64,000 nt of DNA from Obrimoposthia wandeli (lineage: Eukaryota). The number at the start of each line of letters is the position of its first letter. Position 1 is the first letter of the stretch. A model generated the notes under the pieces. The model searched no databases and was not told the origin of the DNA. It saw only the letters and a program-made list of their open reading frames with translations. Both the position numbers and the translations under genes were made by a program. Below, one piece after another: positions 41,736-51,239 of the stretch. The DNA lies in assembly GCA_977020255.1 (NCBI GenBank), contig CDROCS010000882.1, positions 1 through 64,000 on the forward strand, given 5' to 3'.

Positions 41736-42027
41736 AAATATTTTGTTCGATGATTTTTTTTTCGATAAATGTAAGCTATAAGTTGGGCTAAACCTTCATA
41801 AATCAATGGTGGGTGTCGATATTGAGTCGTGAAAGCTCGATTGAAAGTACGATAATTTAGCTACTTAGGACGTAAAAATATAACTTTTTATAGCTAATTA
41901 TCTTTCGATTTGATTTTGGTTCGCGTTAAAGTTCTTTCGTTGTGAAACTTAATTTGCTTTATTACGAGTAAAATGAAACCTGTTGTGTAATAATACATAG
42001 GTGGTAACGTAATTTTAGGAGAGCATT

Positions 42028-42177
42028 ATGGCTCACGAAGAAACAGTGAATGTAATAGAATCTAGCGACAATGTTACGGAAATGGCAAAAACAATCGAGC
42101 AGCAATTAACTGATGCTAATGATGAAATAGCTGATTTAAAAATGCAAATAGCTTGGTTAGAGCGCTCTTACGAATAA
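42028..42177 (+). CDS. 49-aa acidic small protein with a coiled-coil-like C-terminus
   Basis: AGGAGA RBS; MAHEETVNVIESSDNVTEMAKTIEQQLTDANDEIADLKMQIAWLERSYE*; own terminator. Below the ORF-track cutoff. Confidence 0.75.
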   Translation: MAHEETVNVIESSDNVTEMAKTIEQQLTDANDEIADLKMQIAWLERSYE

Positions 42178-42192
42178 ATAATTATTATATTT

Positions 42193-42230
42193 AAAAAGGC
42201 CAAGGTGAAATACTCACCTTGGCCTTTTTT
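42193..42230. terminator. Rho-independent terminator (bidirectional geometry)
   Basis: AAAAAGGCCAAGGTGA-AATAC-TCACCTTGGCCTTTTT. Confidence 0.9.
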
Positions 42231-42259
42231 CATTTATCCAAAACTACCGTTATGACTTG

Positions 42260-42463
42260 TACCAATTGAAATAAGCAATCGATCTTTTTAAGGCGGTTTA
42301 AATCGTCAATAACTGCGTTGCTTTCAATCACACACGCCCGCTATTACTCGGCAATATGCTCCTGCATTGCGCTAATGACTTACATATATGTAAGTCATTA
42401 GCGCCTTGTTCTTGAACAATTTATCCGCGCTTAAAATTGATCAATAACTTATGATCTTTGATA
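42260..42463 (+). mobile_element. ERIC-like repeat family 2, copy 2 (about 204 bp)
   Basis: Colinear with 22356-22566; central perfect 36-bp palindrome at 42369-42404. Confidence 0.82.
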
Positions 42464-42505
42464 TTAGCGTCCAGTAGCTTTGTAATATATTTTTATATCA
42501 ATAAG

Positions 42506-43549
42506 TTACACTAAGCTAGTTAACATTTCTTCTGAATATGGCGTGATTTCCTCACCTTGACGTATTTTTTCAACATAGTCAGGGTTGGCAATAAATGGTC
42601 TGCCAATGGCGACTAAATCAAATTGCTCACGTTCAATCGCTGTGCTCGCAGTTTCAGCGGTATAACTACCTACACCCACCAAAGTCTTGTTGTAATGGGC
42701 TCTCACGTAGCTTGACGCTTTACCGCCAAGGTAATCAAACTCCATAGCATCGTCGAATATACCAATATGTAAAAATGCTAATGATCTTTTTTCTAGCGCT
42801 GGTAATAAATAATCGAATACTTCACGGTCTTTTGCATCAGTTGCCATATTGAAATAGGCACCAGGTGATACTCTTAACGCGGTTCTTTCATTACCAATGC
42901 GCGCAATTATCGCGTCGACAACGGCTAATGGAAAACGTGACATATTTTCTGGCGTAACACCATATTCATCAGTACGTTGATTACTGCCGTAATGCAAAAA
43001 TTGATCAATAAGGTAGCCATTAGCGCCATGAATTTCTACGCCGTCAAAACCTGCTGCCATTGCATTTTCTGCTGCTTGCGCATAATCAGCAATTAAGCCT
43101 TCAATATCGGCTAGTGTGACAGGTTTTGGTACTTGATAAGTTAGCTCTCGCATTCTTGGCACACTACCTTCCACAGCTATCGCTGAGGGTGCTAACACAT
43201 CGCCTTGTTGGAAAAAGTGTGGATGAGCAACACGGCCCGTATGCCAAAGTTGAGCAAATATTTTGCCGCCATTTTCATGAACCTTAGTGGTTACTTGCTG
43301 CCAACCAGTAATTTGTTCAGGGCTAAAAATACCAGGAGTATTTGGGTAACCTTGACCGTCTGGGCGAATAATTACCGCTTCAGAAATAATTAAGCCTGCA
43401 TCTGCACGGCGTGCATAATATTCAGCCATGGCGGTGGTAGGAACTAAGTTTTCATCAGCCATACAACGGGTTAAAGGCGCCATTAATATACGGTTATTTA
43501 AAGTGATTGCATCATTTAAGGCATAAGGTTGGAATAAGTTTTCGGTCAT
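42506..43549 (-). CDS. nemA: Alkene reductase / N-ethylmaleimide reductase (Old Yellow Enzyme)
   Basis: MAPLTR, QLWHTGR, EIHGANGYLIDQF and IGRPFIANPD. Confidence 0.88.
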   Translation of the reverse strand: MTENLFQPYALNDAITLNNRILMAPLTRCMADENLVPTTAMAEYYARRADAGLIISEAVIIRPDGQGYPNTPGIFSPEQITGWQQVTTKVHENGGKIFAQLWHTGRVAHPHFFQQGDVLAPSAIAVEGSVPRMRELTYQVPKPVTLADIEGLIADYAQAAENAMAAGFDGVEIHGANGYLIDQFLHYGSNQRTDEYGVTPENMSRFPLAVVDAIIARIGNERTALRVSPGAYFNMATDAKDREVFDYLLPALEKRSLAFLHIGIFDDAMEFDYLGGKASSYVRAHYNKTLVGVGSYTAETASTAIEREQFDLVAIGRPFIANPDYVEKIRQGEEITPYSEEMLTSLV

Positions 43550-43563
43550 GACAATATCTCTTT

Positions 43564-43632
43564 CTTGAATATGCGTTCAAGATACTCTTATTTGAATGCC
43601 CGTTCAAGTATTATTTTGAACAAACATTCAAA
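43564..43632. promoter_or_regulatory. Three TTGAAY-N4-RTTCAA palindromes, putative TetR operators
   Basis: CTTGAAT-ATGC-GTTCAAG (43564), TTTGAAT-GCCC-GTTCAAG (43591) and TTTGAAC-AAAC-ATTCAAA (43615) in the divergent nemA/tetR spacer. Confidence 0.75.
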
Positions 43633-43698
43633 TAAGAGTATGATGCTACTATAGCGTGCTAGGGTTCGAACCGTGATAATAAGCAAAAGTGAAAAATT

Positions 43699-44280
43699 AT
43701 GAGAAATGCCGAGTTTGATAAAGAAGCTGTACTCAGAGCGGCCATGATCGCTTTTATGGACAAAGGTTACACAAAAACCAGTATGCAAGATTTGAAAATA
43801 GCGACGGGGTTACATCCCGGTTCTATTTATTGTGCTTTTGAAAATAAACGTGGTTTATTGTTAGCCGCATTAGGGCAATATCGCGCCGACAGAGTCGAAG
43901 AGTTTCAACATTTTTTTTCTGGAGAAGTATCCGCGTTAGCAGCGCTGAAAACTTACCTTGATCACATTGTGCAAGAGTGTATTAGTTGTGAAGCTGCCCA
44001 AGCGTGTTTATTAACGAAAGCATTAAATGAATTGGCAGAGCAAGATGATGAAGTTCAGTCGATATTGATAGATCACCTGTCTGATTGGCAAGCTTCGATT
44101 GCTGATATTTTTCAGCAAGCAATTACTAACAAAGAACTCACGGGTGAGCGCTCAGCTGAACAATTAGCACGATTTTTTATTATGGGCATTTACGGGCTAC
44201 GTACTTATGCTCAAACACATCCTGAAGCAGATATCATGCATGAACTCGCGACACAATTATTTACTGATCTTTGTCTTTAG
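43699..44280 (+). CDS. TetR/AcrR-family regulator (NemR/ComR-like)
   Basis: N-terminal HTH (GYTKTSMQDL...PGSIYCAFENK); divergent from the alkene reductase. Confidence 0.9.
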   Translation: MRNAEFDKEAVLRAAMIAFMDKGYTKTSMQDLKIATGLHPGSIYCAFENKRGLLLAALGQYRADRVEEFQHFFSGEVSALAALKTYLDHIVQECISCEAAQACLLTKALNELAEQDDEVQSILIDHLSDWQASIADIFQQAITNKELTGERSAEQLARFFIMGIYGLRTYAQTHPEADIMHELATQLFTDLCL

Positions 44281-44402
44281 CTTCAATCGCCTTTTTAAAG
44301 AACGGTCATAATGTAAATAACGCTCACAATGTAAAAATGCCAATAACATTCAGTGTTACTGGCATGCTATTGGCAATTTCCGTCATTTGCTAAAAAAACA
44401 GC

Positions 44403-45227
44403 TTAACTTTCACGTTTATACATCAAGGTTGCGAAAATAAGTAAATTAATAATGAACCAGATATCTTTAATGATGAAGTGACCTGTTACCGTGAGTATGG
44501 TGTCGCTAGATATGGTTGCAGGCCAGCTTAGTAAGAAGGTTTGTGTCACGGCAAATACTGCACCAGACATTAAAACTGCCGGTATTAGTAATTGTCGCTT
44601 AAATATCGCTAACCCAAGCAATGTCATCGCAATGAGATCGTAAACACCGATAAAATTAGAAGTGGTTTGCAGATCCCAAACACTGTACATCCAGGACATT
44701 AGCGGCGAAGTACTGACTAAGCCTTCAATCCCTTTTGCTTCAATCAATGTAAACTTCATACCACCAATCCAAAGTAGTACCAGTATTACCGGAAAAGCAT
44801 TGAGCCAAATGGCTTTTTTTGTGTCTAAATAAGGTTTGCTTAGAAAGATACCAATGACCAATAGCGAGAAATACTTAATCACGCCTTGTCCTGCCCCAAT
44901 GGCTGGAAAACCACCTAATGATTTAATCCACATGCTGCTACCAAGTAACGGTAATAGTGCCACAATGCTAATGAAGATGAGAAAAACACCAAGTTTTTCT
45001 CTAAGTTCAATACGGTTAATAGCGAGAACAGCCCATAGCGCTGCAATTATGAAGGCTACAGCAGAAAGGCTATTGAAAATAGTACTGGGAAGTAAGTTGC
45101 TGATGCCATAAAAATCGGTGGTCATGGCAATTTGGCTATGATGTCCAATGAGTAAAGAGCTGAGTCCTAATAGTCCTGTTGAGATGGCAAGCAACGTTAA
45201 TAAAGCGGTAAAGTGTAATTTTTTCAT
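44403..45227 (-). CDS. DUF417/YkgB (RclC-like) inner-membrane protein
   Basis: WIGGMKF, EAKGIEGLV, SPLMSWMY and FIIKD motifs. ATG 45227 preferred over the 45338 ORF start. Confidence 0.75.
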   Translation of the reverse strand: MKKLHFTALLTLLAISTGLLGLSSLLIGHHSQIAMTTDFYGISNLLPSTIFNSLSAVAFIIAALWAVLAINRIELREKLGVFLIFISIVALLPLLGSSMWIKSLGGFPAIGAGQGVIKYFSLLVIGIFLSKPYLDTKKAIWLNAFPVILVLLWIGGMKFTLIEAKGIEGLVSTSPLMSWMYSVWDLQTTSNFIGVYDLIAMTLLGLAIFKRQLLIPAVLMSGAVFAVTQTFLLSWPATISSDTILTVTGHFIIKDIWFIINLLIFATLMYKRES

Positions 45228-45354
45228 TGAAAGATCTTTTGTAAGTTGAATCATAATGTGAAATATAAAGTTGACTAGGTTGCCACTGTTTACAGTAATC
45301 AGTCGACGATATCGTGAGAACACTGCAAAAGACCTCATAAATACTTTAACAAAA

Positions 45355-45369
45355 ATGAATTCGTATGCA
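45355..45369. promoter_or_regulatory. Operator-like site matching 23800-23829
   Basis: ATGAATTCGTATGCA, one mismatch to ATGAATACGTATGCA; about 110 bp before the GH13 start. Confidence 0.6.
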
Positions 45370-45479
45370 GTTGGTAAGGCTGCAATTAACTGTGTACTCT
45401 CAAAATCTGTCGTGGTTGTCGCTCAAGTCTGATTTTTCACTATATTTTCAGATGAGCCCGTAACTTTTAGGGTGCTTAA

Positions 45480-47534
45480 ATGCCTTGTTATTTATCTAAA
45501 TTATCTAGAAAGAATTCTTGGAAGTTTGTTGTAAGCAGTTTACTGCTAACGAGCTTTATAACTGCTTGTAGTGCTGAAAATGAACCGGTAGCTAAGGCCA
45601 CTGATTTAAACAAGGGACAGCCAAGTCTAATTCAGCAAGCGAAAGATGAAAAATTTTCAGTTCAGCAAAACACTTTTGACGGTATTGCGGGTGATGTTGT
45701 TGGTGTTAATACTGGTGTTAGTGATGTGACAGCACAGGCTGGAAAACCTGTTGTCTATCAGGTGTTCACACGTTTGTTTGGCAATCAAAATACAACCAAT
45801 AAACCTTGGGGCACTATGACTGAAAACGGTGTTGGCAAGTTTAGTGATTTTACTGACACAGCACTTCAAGGGATTAAAGAATTGGGTGTCAGTCATATTT
45901 GGTATACCGGTGTACCACACCATGCTTTGATTGGAGATTATAGTACATTTGGTATTAGCAATGACGACCCTGATGTAGTGAAAGGCCGTGCCGGTTCGCC
46001 TTATGCTGTGAAAGATTATTATAGTGTTAACCCTGACTTAGCCGACAATCCTGCTCAACGAATGGCAGAATTTGAAACATTAATAGCAAGAACGCATCAA
46101 CAAGGCATGAAAGTGATTATTGACATTGTGCCGAATCATATCGCCCGTGATTATCAATCATTAGGTAAACCTGAAGGTGTACATGACTTTGGTGCTAATG
46201 ACGACCTAACCGTAGAGTTTTCAGCGGATAACGATTTTTATTATGTTGTGGGTCAAAGCTTTAAGGTGCCTAAAGCTGAACAAAGTAAATCAACGCCTAG
46301 CTATGCGCCATTAAATGGTGAAAAACATCCGTTAGCTGATGGCTTGTTTAATGAATCGCCCGCGAAATGGACCGGCAATGGTTCTCGGGCTGCACAACCT
46401 AATATTAATGACTGGTATGAAACCGTTAAAGTTAATTATGGTGTTAGGCCTGATGGCAGTTACGCTTTTGAGCGCTTGCCAGAAGCTTATCGTTTCAAAA
46501 ACTATCAAGCACATAATGAATTTTGGCATAATAAAAAAGTACCGAGTGCCTGGATAAAGTTTCGCGATATAACACAGTTTTGGCTCGAAAAAGGTGTCGA
46601 TGGTTTTCGTTATGATATGGCAGAAATGGTGCCTGTTGAATTTTGGAGTTATTTAAATTCATCAATAAAAATGACCAATAAAGATGCATTTATATTAGCC
46701 GAAGTTTATAACCCTAAGCAATATCGAGACTATATCCAGTTAGGAAAAATGGATTATTTATATGACAAAGTTGATTTTTATGATCGGCTAAAAGATATTA
46801 TGCAAGGCCATGGTAATACGGGTGATTTAGCTAATATACAGCAGCGATACAGTGATATTGAATCGCACTTAATGCACTTCTTAGAAAATCACGACGAGCA
46901 ACGCATTGCTAGTGAGGGCTTTGCAGGTAACGCAAAAAAAGCGAAGCCGGCGATGGTTGTTTCTGCGCTCATTAGTCGTTCGCCTACCATGATTTATTTT
47001 GCTCAAGAGTTGGGTGAAGATGGCAGTGAAGAAACGGGCTTTGGCGACCCATCTCGTACTACTATTTTCGATTATGCCGGTGTGCCGAGTCATCAACGCT
47101 GGATGAATGGTGGAAAATTCGATGGTGCAACATTATCAGATGACGAGCGCGATTTACGTGATTTTTATCAACGACTATTAACTATCTCGGCCGAAAACCC
47201 CGCGATGAATGGCCAATACGTTAGTTTGCATGACGATAATCGTAAAGCTTTAAGTGCTTATAATCACCAGCAATTTGCTTTTGCGCGTTGGCAAGGAGAA
47301 GAGAGATTAATTGTTGTCAGCAATTTCGATAGTGAACAGCGATATCAATACAGTTTACAAATACCAAAAACACTGGTTAAAACATGGCAATTACCCACGG
47401 GACAATATCACTTAAACGATTTGCTTTATGGCAAAAATAGCAGTTTAACGGTGAATAGCGATCACACAGCAAGCATTGAACTTGATATAGCGCCGCTTGG
47501 CTCGTATGTTTTTCAGTTGGCGGTAACTAAATAA
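45480..47534 (+). CDS. GH13 alpha-amylase-family lipoprotein
   Basis: Lipobox ITAC; IDIVPNH, DGFRYDMAE, LAEVY and FLENHDEQR catalytic regions. Confidence 0.92.
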   Translation: MPCYLSKLSRKNSWKFVVSSLLLTSFITACSAENEPVAKATDLNKGQPSLIQQAKDEKFSVQQNTFDGIAGDVVGVNTGVSDVTAQAGKPVVYQVFTRLFGNQNTTNKPWGTMTENGVGKFSDFTDTALQGIKELGVSHIWYTGVPHHALIGDYSTFGISNDDPDVVKGRAGSPYAVKDYYSVNPDLADNPAQRMAEFETLIARTHQQGMKVIIDIVPNHIARDYQSLGKPEGVHDFGANDDLTVEFSADNDFYYVVGQSFKVPKAEQSKSTPSYAPLNGEKHPLADGLFNESPAKWTGNGSRAAQPNINDWYETVKVNYGVRPDGSYAFERLPEAYRFKNYQAHNEFWHNKKVPSAWIKFRDITQFWLEKGVDGFRYDMAEMVPVEFWSYLNSSIKMTNKDAFILAEVYNPKQYRDYIQLGKMDYLYDKVDFYDRLKDIMQGHGNTGDLANIQQRYSDIESHLMHFLENHDEQRIASEGFAGNAKKAKPAMVVSALISRSPTMIYFAQELGEDGSEETGFGDPSRTTIFDYAGVPSHQRWMNGGKFDGATLSDDERDLRDFYQRLLTISAENPAMNGQYVSLHDDNRKALSAYNHQQFAFARWQGEERLIVVSNFDSEQRYQYSLQIPKTLVKTWQLPTGQYHLNDLLYGKNSSLTVNSDHTASIELDIAPLGSYVFQLAVTK

Positions 47535-50215
47535 TGATGAAAAAATATAAACGTACACTTAATCAGTTTTTTGATATCGGTAATCGAAATAACCATGTTT
47601 TTCATCGTAAGGTTAGCGTTTTACATAAAAGCTTAATGTTATGTAAAAGCTCATTTGTTGCTACTTTACTGCTCGTGACACTGAGCGGACAAGTCCTCGC
47701 TCAAGGCTATGCTGCTCAAAAAACTGTTACTCAGGAGCTACTGACTCAAGACTATGTTAGCCGAAATTATGTTGCTCATGAACTCATGGGGAACACACTA
47801 AAAGTAAAAACTAGCGGTGGAATAGTCGACATTAATGCCCTTAATCAATCGGCATTTGAAGTTCACTATCAACCAACAGGCTTAAAGCAGTTACCGTCGT
47901 TTGCGTTAGCGAAAAAAATAAGCGGCGTTAACGATAAAAAAGACAGCATGTTAACTGTTGTCGATTCAGCAAAGCAGTTAACGCTTAGCAGTGAATTACT
48001 AGTGGCAATTATTACAAAATCACCTTTTAGCATTCGCTATACAAAGCCTAATGGTGAGTATATAGCAGCGGAAGAACAAGGTTTATTGCTTACTGAGCCA
48101 GTGAGGGCTTCATTAACAAAAAACACAGCAAACATTAAAGCAAGCGACGTGGCTATAAGCGCAAATCCTGCTTTTAATTTAGGCTTTCGTTTTAAGCTGC
48201 AGCCACAAGAAAAAATAATGGGTGGTGGTCAGCGTGTGCTTGGCATGGACCGTCGTGGTCATAAAATGCCGCTATATAACCGTGCGCACTATGGTTATGA
48301 AAACGAGTCTAGTCAAATGTACTATGGCTTGCCGGCGATTATGTCGAGTAACAAATACATCATTGTTTTTGATAATTCTGCCAATGGTGAATTAGATATC
48401 GCTGCCAGTGAAAAAAACATTGTGCAATTTAGCGCGATGGGCGGCCGAACCTCGTATTTGATAATCGTTGGTGAAAGCTATCCTAAGTTAATTGAAAATT
48501 TAGTCAGTGTTACGGGCAAGCAACCGCTACCTCCGCGTTGGGCGTTAGGTAATATTGCTAGTCGTTTTGGCTATCATAGTGAACAAGAAGCACGCAGCGT
48601 TGTACAAAAGTATCGCGACGAAGACTTCCCCCTTGATGCTATTGTTTTTGACCTCTATTGGTTTGGCCCTGATATAAAAGGGCACATGGGTAATTTAAAT
48701 TGGGATAATAAAGCGTTTCCAACCCCCGTTGATATGATCAAAGATTTTAAAGCACAAGGTGTGAATACCATTATGATCACCGAGCCTTTTATTTTAACGT
48801 CATCGAGTCAATGGCAAAGTGCGGTTGAAAATAATGCGCTAATGAAAAACCCATTAGGCCAAGCAGAAAAATTTGATTTTTATTTTGGTAATACCGGACT
48901 AGTTGATGTTTTTGAACCAAAAAGCCAAGACTGGTTTTGGCAATACTATCAAAAGCTTGCTAACCAAGGTGTGACCGGTTGGTGGGGCGATTTAGGAGAG
49001 CCTGAAGTGCATCCTGCTGATGCCTTGCATAACGTTGCTGGCAATAAGGTAACTGCAGATGAAGTTCATAATGCTTACGGCCATCAATGGGCTGAAATGC
49101 TTTATCAACGATTACGAAAATTTCAGCCTAACACACGTCCTTTTATTTTAATGCGCTCGGGGTTTATTGGCTCACAACGTTATGGCATGGTGCCTTGGAC
49201 TGGTGATGTTAGCCGCAGTTGGGCCGGTTTTAAGCCACAAGTTGAACTCGCTTTGCAAATGAGTTTACTTGGTTTGAGTTACACGCATTCTGATTTAGGT
49301 GGTTTTGCTGGCGATGGCCCTATAGATAAAGAGCTTTATATTCGTTGGCTACAATATGGTGTTTTTCAACCGGTATATCGTCCCCATGCACAAGAAAATG
49401 CTAAACCTGAGCCAATTTTTCATGATGTTGAAACTAAAGATATTCTTCGAGAGTATGTTAAATTACGCTATCGTTTAATGCCGTATATTTATTCGCTGAG
49501 TATAGAAAATAGCTTAACCGGCATGCCCATTATGCGCCCTATGTTTTTTGAGGACGAGAGCGAACTGAAACTCATTGATGAAAAAGACAGTTACTTTTAT
49601 GGTGACTCATTTTTAGTTACCCCCGTGACTGAGCAAGGTGCTGAAACGGTTAATGTTAATTTACCTAAAGGTACATGGTTTAATTTTTGGAGCGAGCAGC
49701 GTTATCAAGGTGAGCAAAACGTTACGATTGCAGCGCCTTTGGATCAAACGCCAGTGCTAGTGCGTGCGGGGGCTTTTATTCCCATGGTTGATAGCGTGCA
49801 ATCAACAAAAGATTACAATACTGAGCACTTGATCTTACATTATTACGCTGATACTTCGGTAAAATCATCCTCCTCTGTGATGTATAACGATGATGGACAA
49901 GACCCAAATTCTCTGACCAATGCTGATTATGAAAGCTTAACTTTTTCAGCAATTCAACGAGATGAAAAACTGTTGTTTGACTTACAACAACATGGTCAAT
50001 TTGTTAAAATGCCGATCACACGTCAATTGAGTTTAGTGATCCACAATTATCAAAATAATGCGGAAAACATAACCGTGGATAACAAACTGGTTAGGTTAGT
50101 AAATAGCAGAGAGCAATTTACTCAGCAGCCGCTAAGTGCTTGGTATGACGAAAGCAATAAACAATTGTTCATTAATACTGTTTGGCGAAAAAACATCAAA
50201 ATTACCATAGATTAA
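47534..50215 (+). CDS. GH31 alpha-glucosidase
   Basis: PPRWALG, DLYWF, WWGDLGEPE nucleophile region, WTGD and HSDLGGF; overlaps the GH13 stop. Confidence 0.92.
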   Translation: MMKKYKRTLNQFFDIGNRNNHVFHRKVSVLHKSLMLCKSSFVATLLLVTLSGQVLAQGYAAQKTVTQELLTQDYVSRNYVAHELMGNTLKVKTSGGIVDINALNQSAFEVHYQPTGLKQLPSFALAKKISGVNDKKDSMLTVVDSAKQLTLSSELLVAIITKSPFSIRYTKPNGEYIAAEEQGLLLTEPVRASLTKNTANIKASDVAISANPAFNLGFRFKLQPQEKIMGGGQRVLGMDRRGHKMPLYNRAHYGYENESSQMYYGLPAIMSSNKYIIVFDNSANGELDIAASEKNIVQFSAMGGRTSYLIIVGESYPKLIENLVSVTGKQPLPPRWALGNIASRFGYHSEQEARSVVQKYRDEDFPLDAIVFDLYWFGPDIKGHMGNLNWDNKAFPTPVDMIKDFKAQGVNTIMITEPFILTSSSQWQSAVENNALMKNPLGQAEKFDFYFGNTGLVDVFEPKSQDWFWQYYQKLANQGVTGWWGDLGEPEVHPADALHNVAGNKVTADEVHNAYGHQWAEMLYQRLRKFQPNTRPFILMRSGFIGSQRYGMVPWTGDVSRSWAGFKPQVELALQMSLLGLSYTHSDLGGFAGDGPIDKELYIRWLQYGVFQPVYRPHAQENAKPEPIFHDVETKDILREYVKLRYRLMPYIYSLSIENSLTGMPIMRPMFFEDESELKLIDEKDSYFYGDSFLVTPVTEQGAETVNVNLPKGTWFNFWSEQRYQGEQNVTIAAPLDQTPVLVRAGAFIPMVDSVQSTKDYNTEHLILHYYADTSVKSSSSVMYNDDGQDPNSLTNADYESLTFSAIQRDEKLLFDLQQHGQFVKMPITRQLSLVIHNYQNNAENITVDNKLVRLVNSREQFTQQPLSAWYDESNKQLFINTVWRKNIKITID

Positions 50216-50224
50216 TTAAGCTTT

Positions 50225-50257
50225 TAGACGAGTATTTAACTCATAAATACTCGTCTA
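50225..50257. terminator. Hairpin between convergent genes
   Basis: TAGACGAGTATTTA / TAAATACTCGTCTA 14-bp stem. Confidence 0.7.
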
Positions 50258-50310
50258 GCTAGCGCACCTTAATTCACCCTGCCTAAATTTGGGCGGCATG
50301 AGCTAAGCCA

Positions 50311-50583
50311 TTATTTATGTTGTGTCTTTTGCGGTAAAGAAAACTTGGCATAAATGGTGGTTGCGACACCGCCAACAAGCGCAAGCATAGCCAAACCAAA
50401 CATGGCATCACTTTGCCCTTTAAAAACTAATAGACTGACGCCTAATACAACAAAAAGTAAGCCAATGACGGCAAATACTTTTGGGTGAGAGGTGATCAAT
50501 CCTGACGATCTGGCCTTGCTCGTCGTTTTACTCTTAACATGAGTCGACGCTTTTCGTTTATGCTTATTGGCTGGCATGAGCAA
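50311..50583 (-). CDS. Small membrane protein (basic N-terminus, two TM helices)
   Basis: 90-aa ORF with two hydrophobic segments. Confidence 0.65.
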   Translation of the reverse strand: MLMPANKHKRKASTHVKSKTTSKARSSGLITSHPKVFAVIGLLFVVLGVSLLVFKGQSDAMFGLAMLALVGGVATTIYAKFSLPQKTQHK

Positions 50584-50747
50584 CTTCCTTTCTTAATGAA
50601 CGACATCAATCGAATAACGATGGTTGTTAATAATATAGCTGTTTATAATATTAAATGAAGTAAAAACAACTAATTATTAGCAATATATTGACGCTCATTT
50701 TATTAGCTCTTCACATGTTTTTTGCTTTATTGTTTCCCCAGCTTATA

Positions 50748-50995
50748 TACCCAAGCCACTTGAAGATTTGTGCAAGTTTAGCACCAAGGCATTGATTTGG
50801 TTGTTCCATTGTCGAAATCAATAACGCCGGAGATGACCCTTATCGCCTTGCCCGAAGGCTAGCTAGAAAACCAGCTCCGCGTTGCATACACGGATGTAAT
50901 GTGCAGCACTTGATAAGGGAATAACCATTGTCTTCGTGCTGCGCCTACCTGATTTCAGCTTAGCTCTGAAACTGCATATTCAAGTGGTTTGGGTA
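50748..50995 (+). mobile_element. ERIC-like MITE family 1, copy D (248 bp, one short TGCA-bounded module)
   Basis: TA-TACCCAAGCCACTTGAAGAT...ATATTCAAGTGGTTTGGGTA-TA. Confidence 0.9.
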
Positions 50996-51239
50996 TAGCA
51001 ACTGACAGTATAGAGGAGCAACTTTACTTAATAATATGTTTATTGTTGTTCAAGTGCTTGGAAGCAATCTAAGCGTTAATCTACTGCCTTCGCTTGACTT
51101 ATTTGTCTTGAGCACAATAAAATCGCCGACTGAACATGCCTTTATTCAATGTGACATGACTAATAAGCCATAGCAATGTCATGATTTGATATTTATTTTT
51201 TGATAGTTAATTTTCGATAGTTAATTACAGGTGCCTTAA

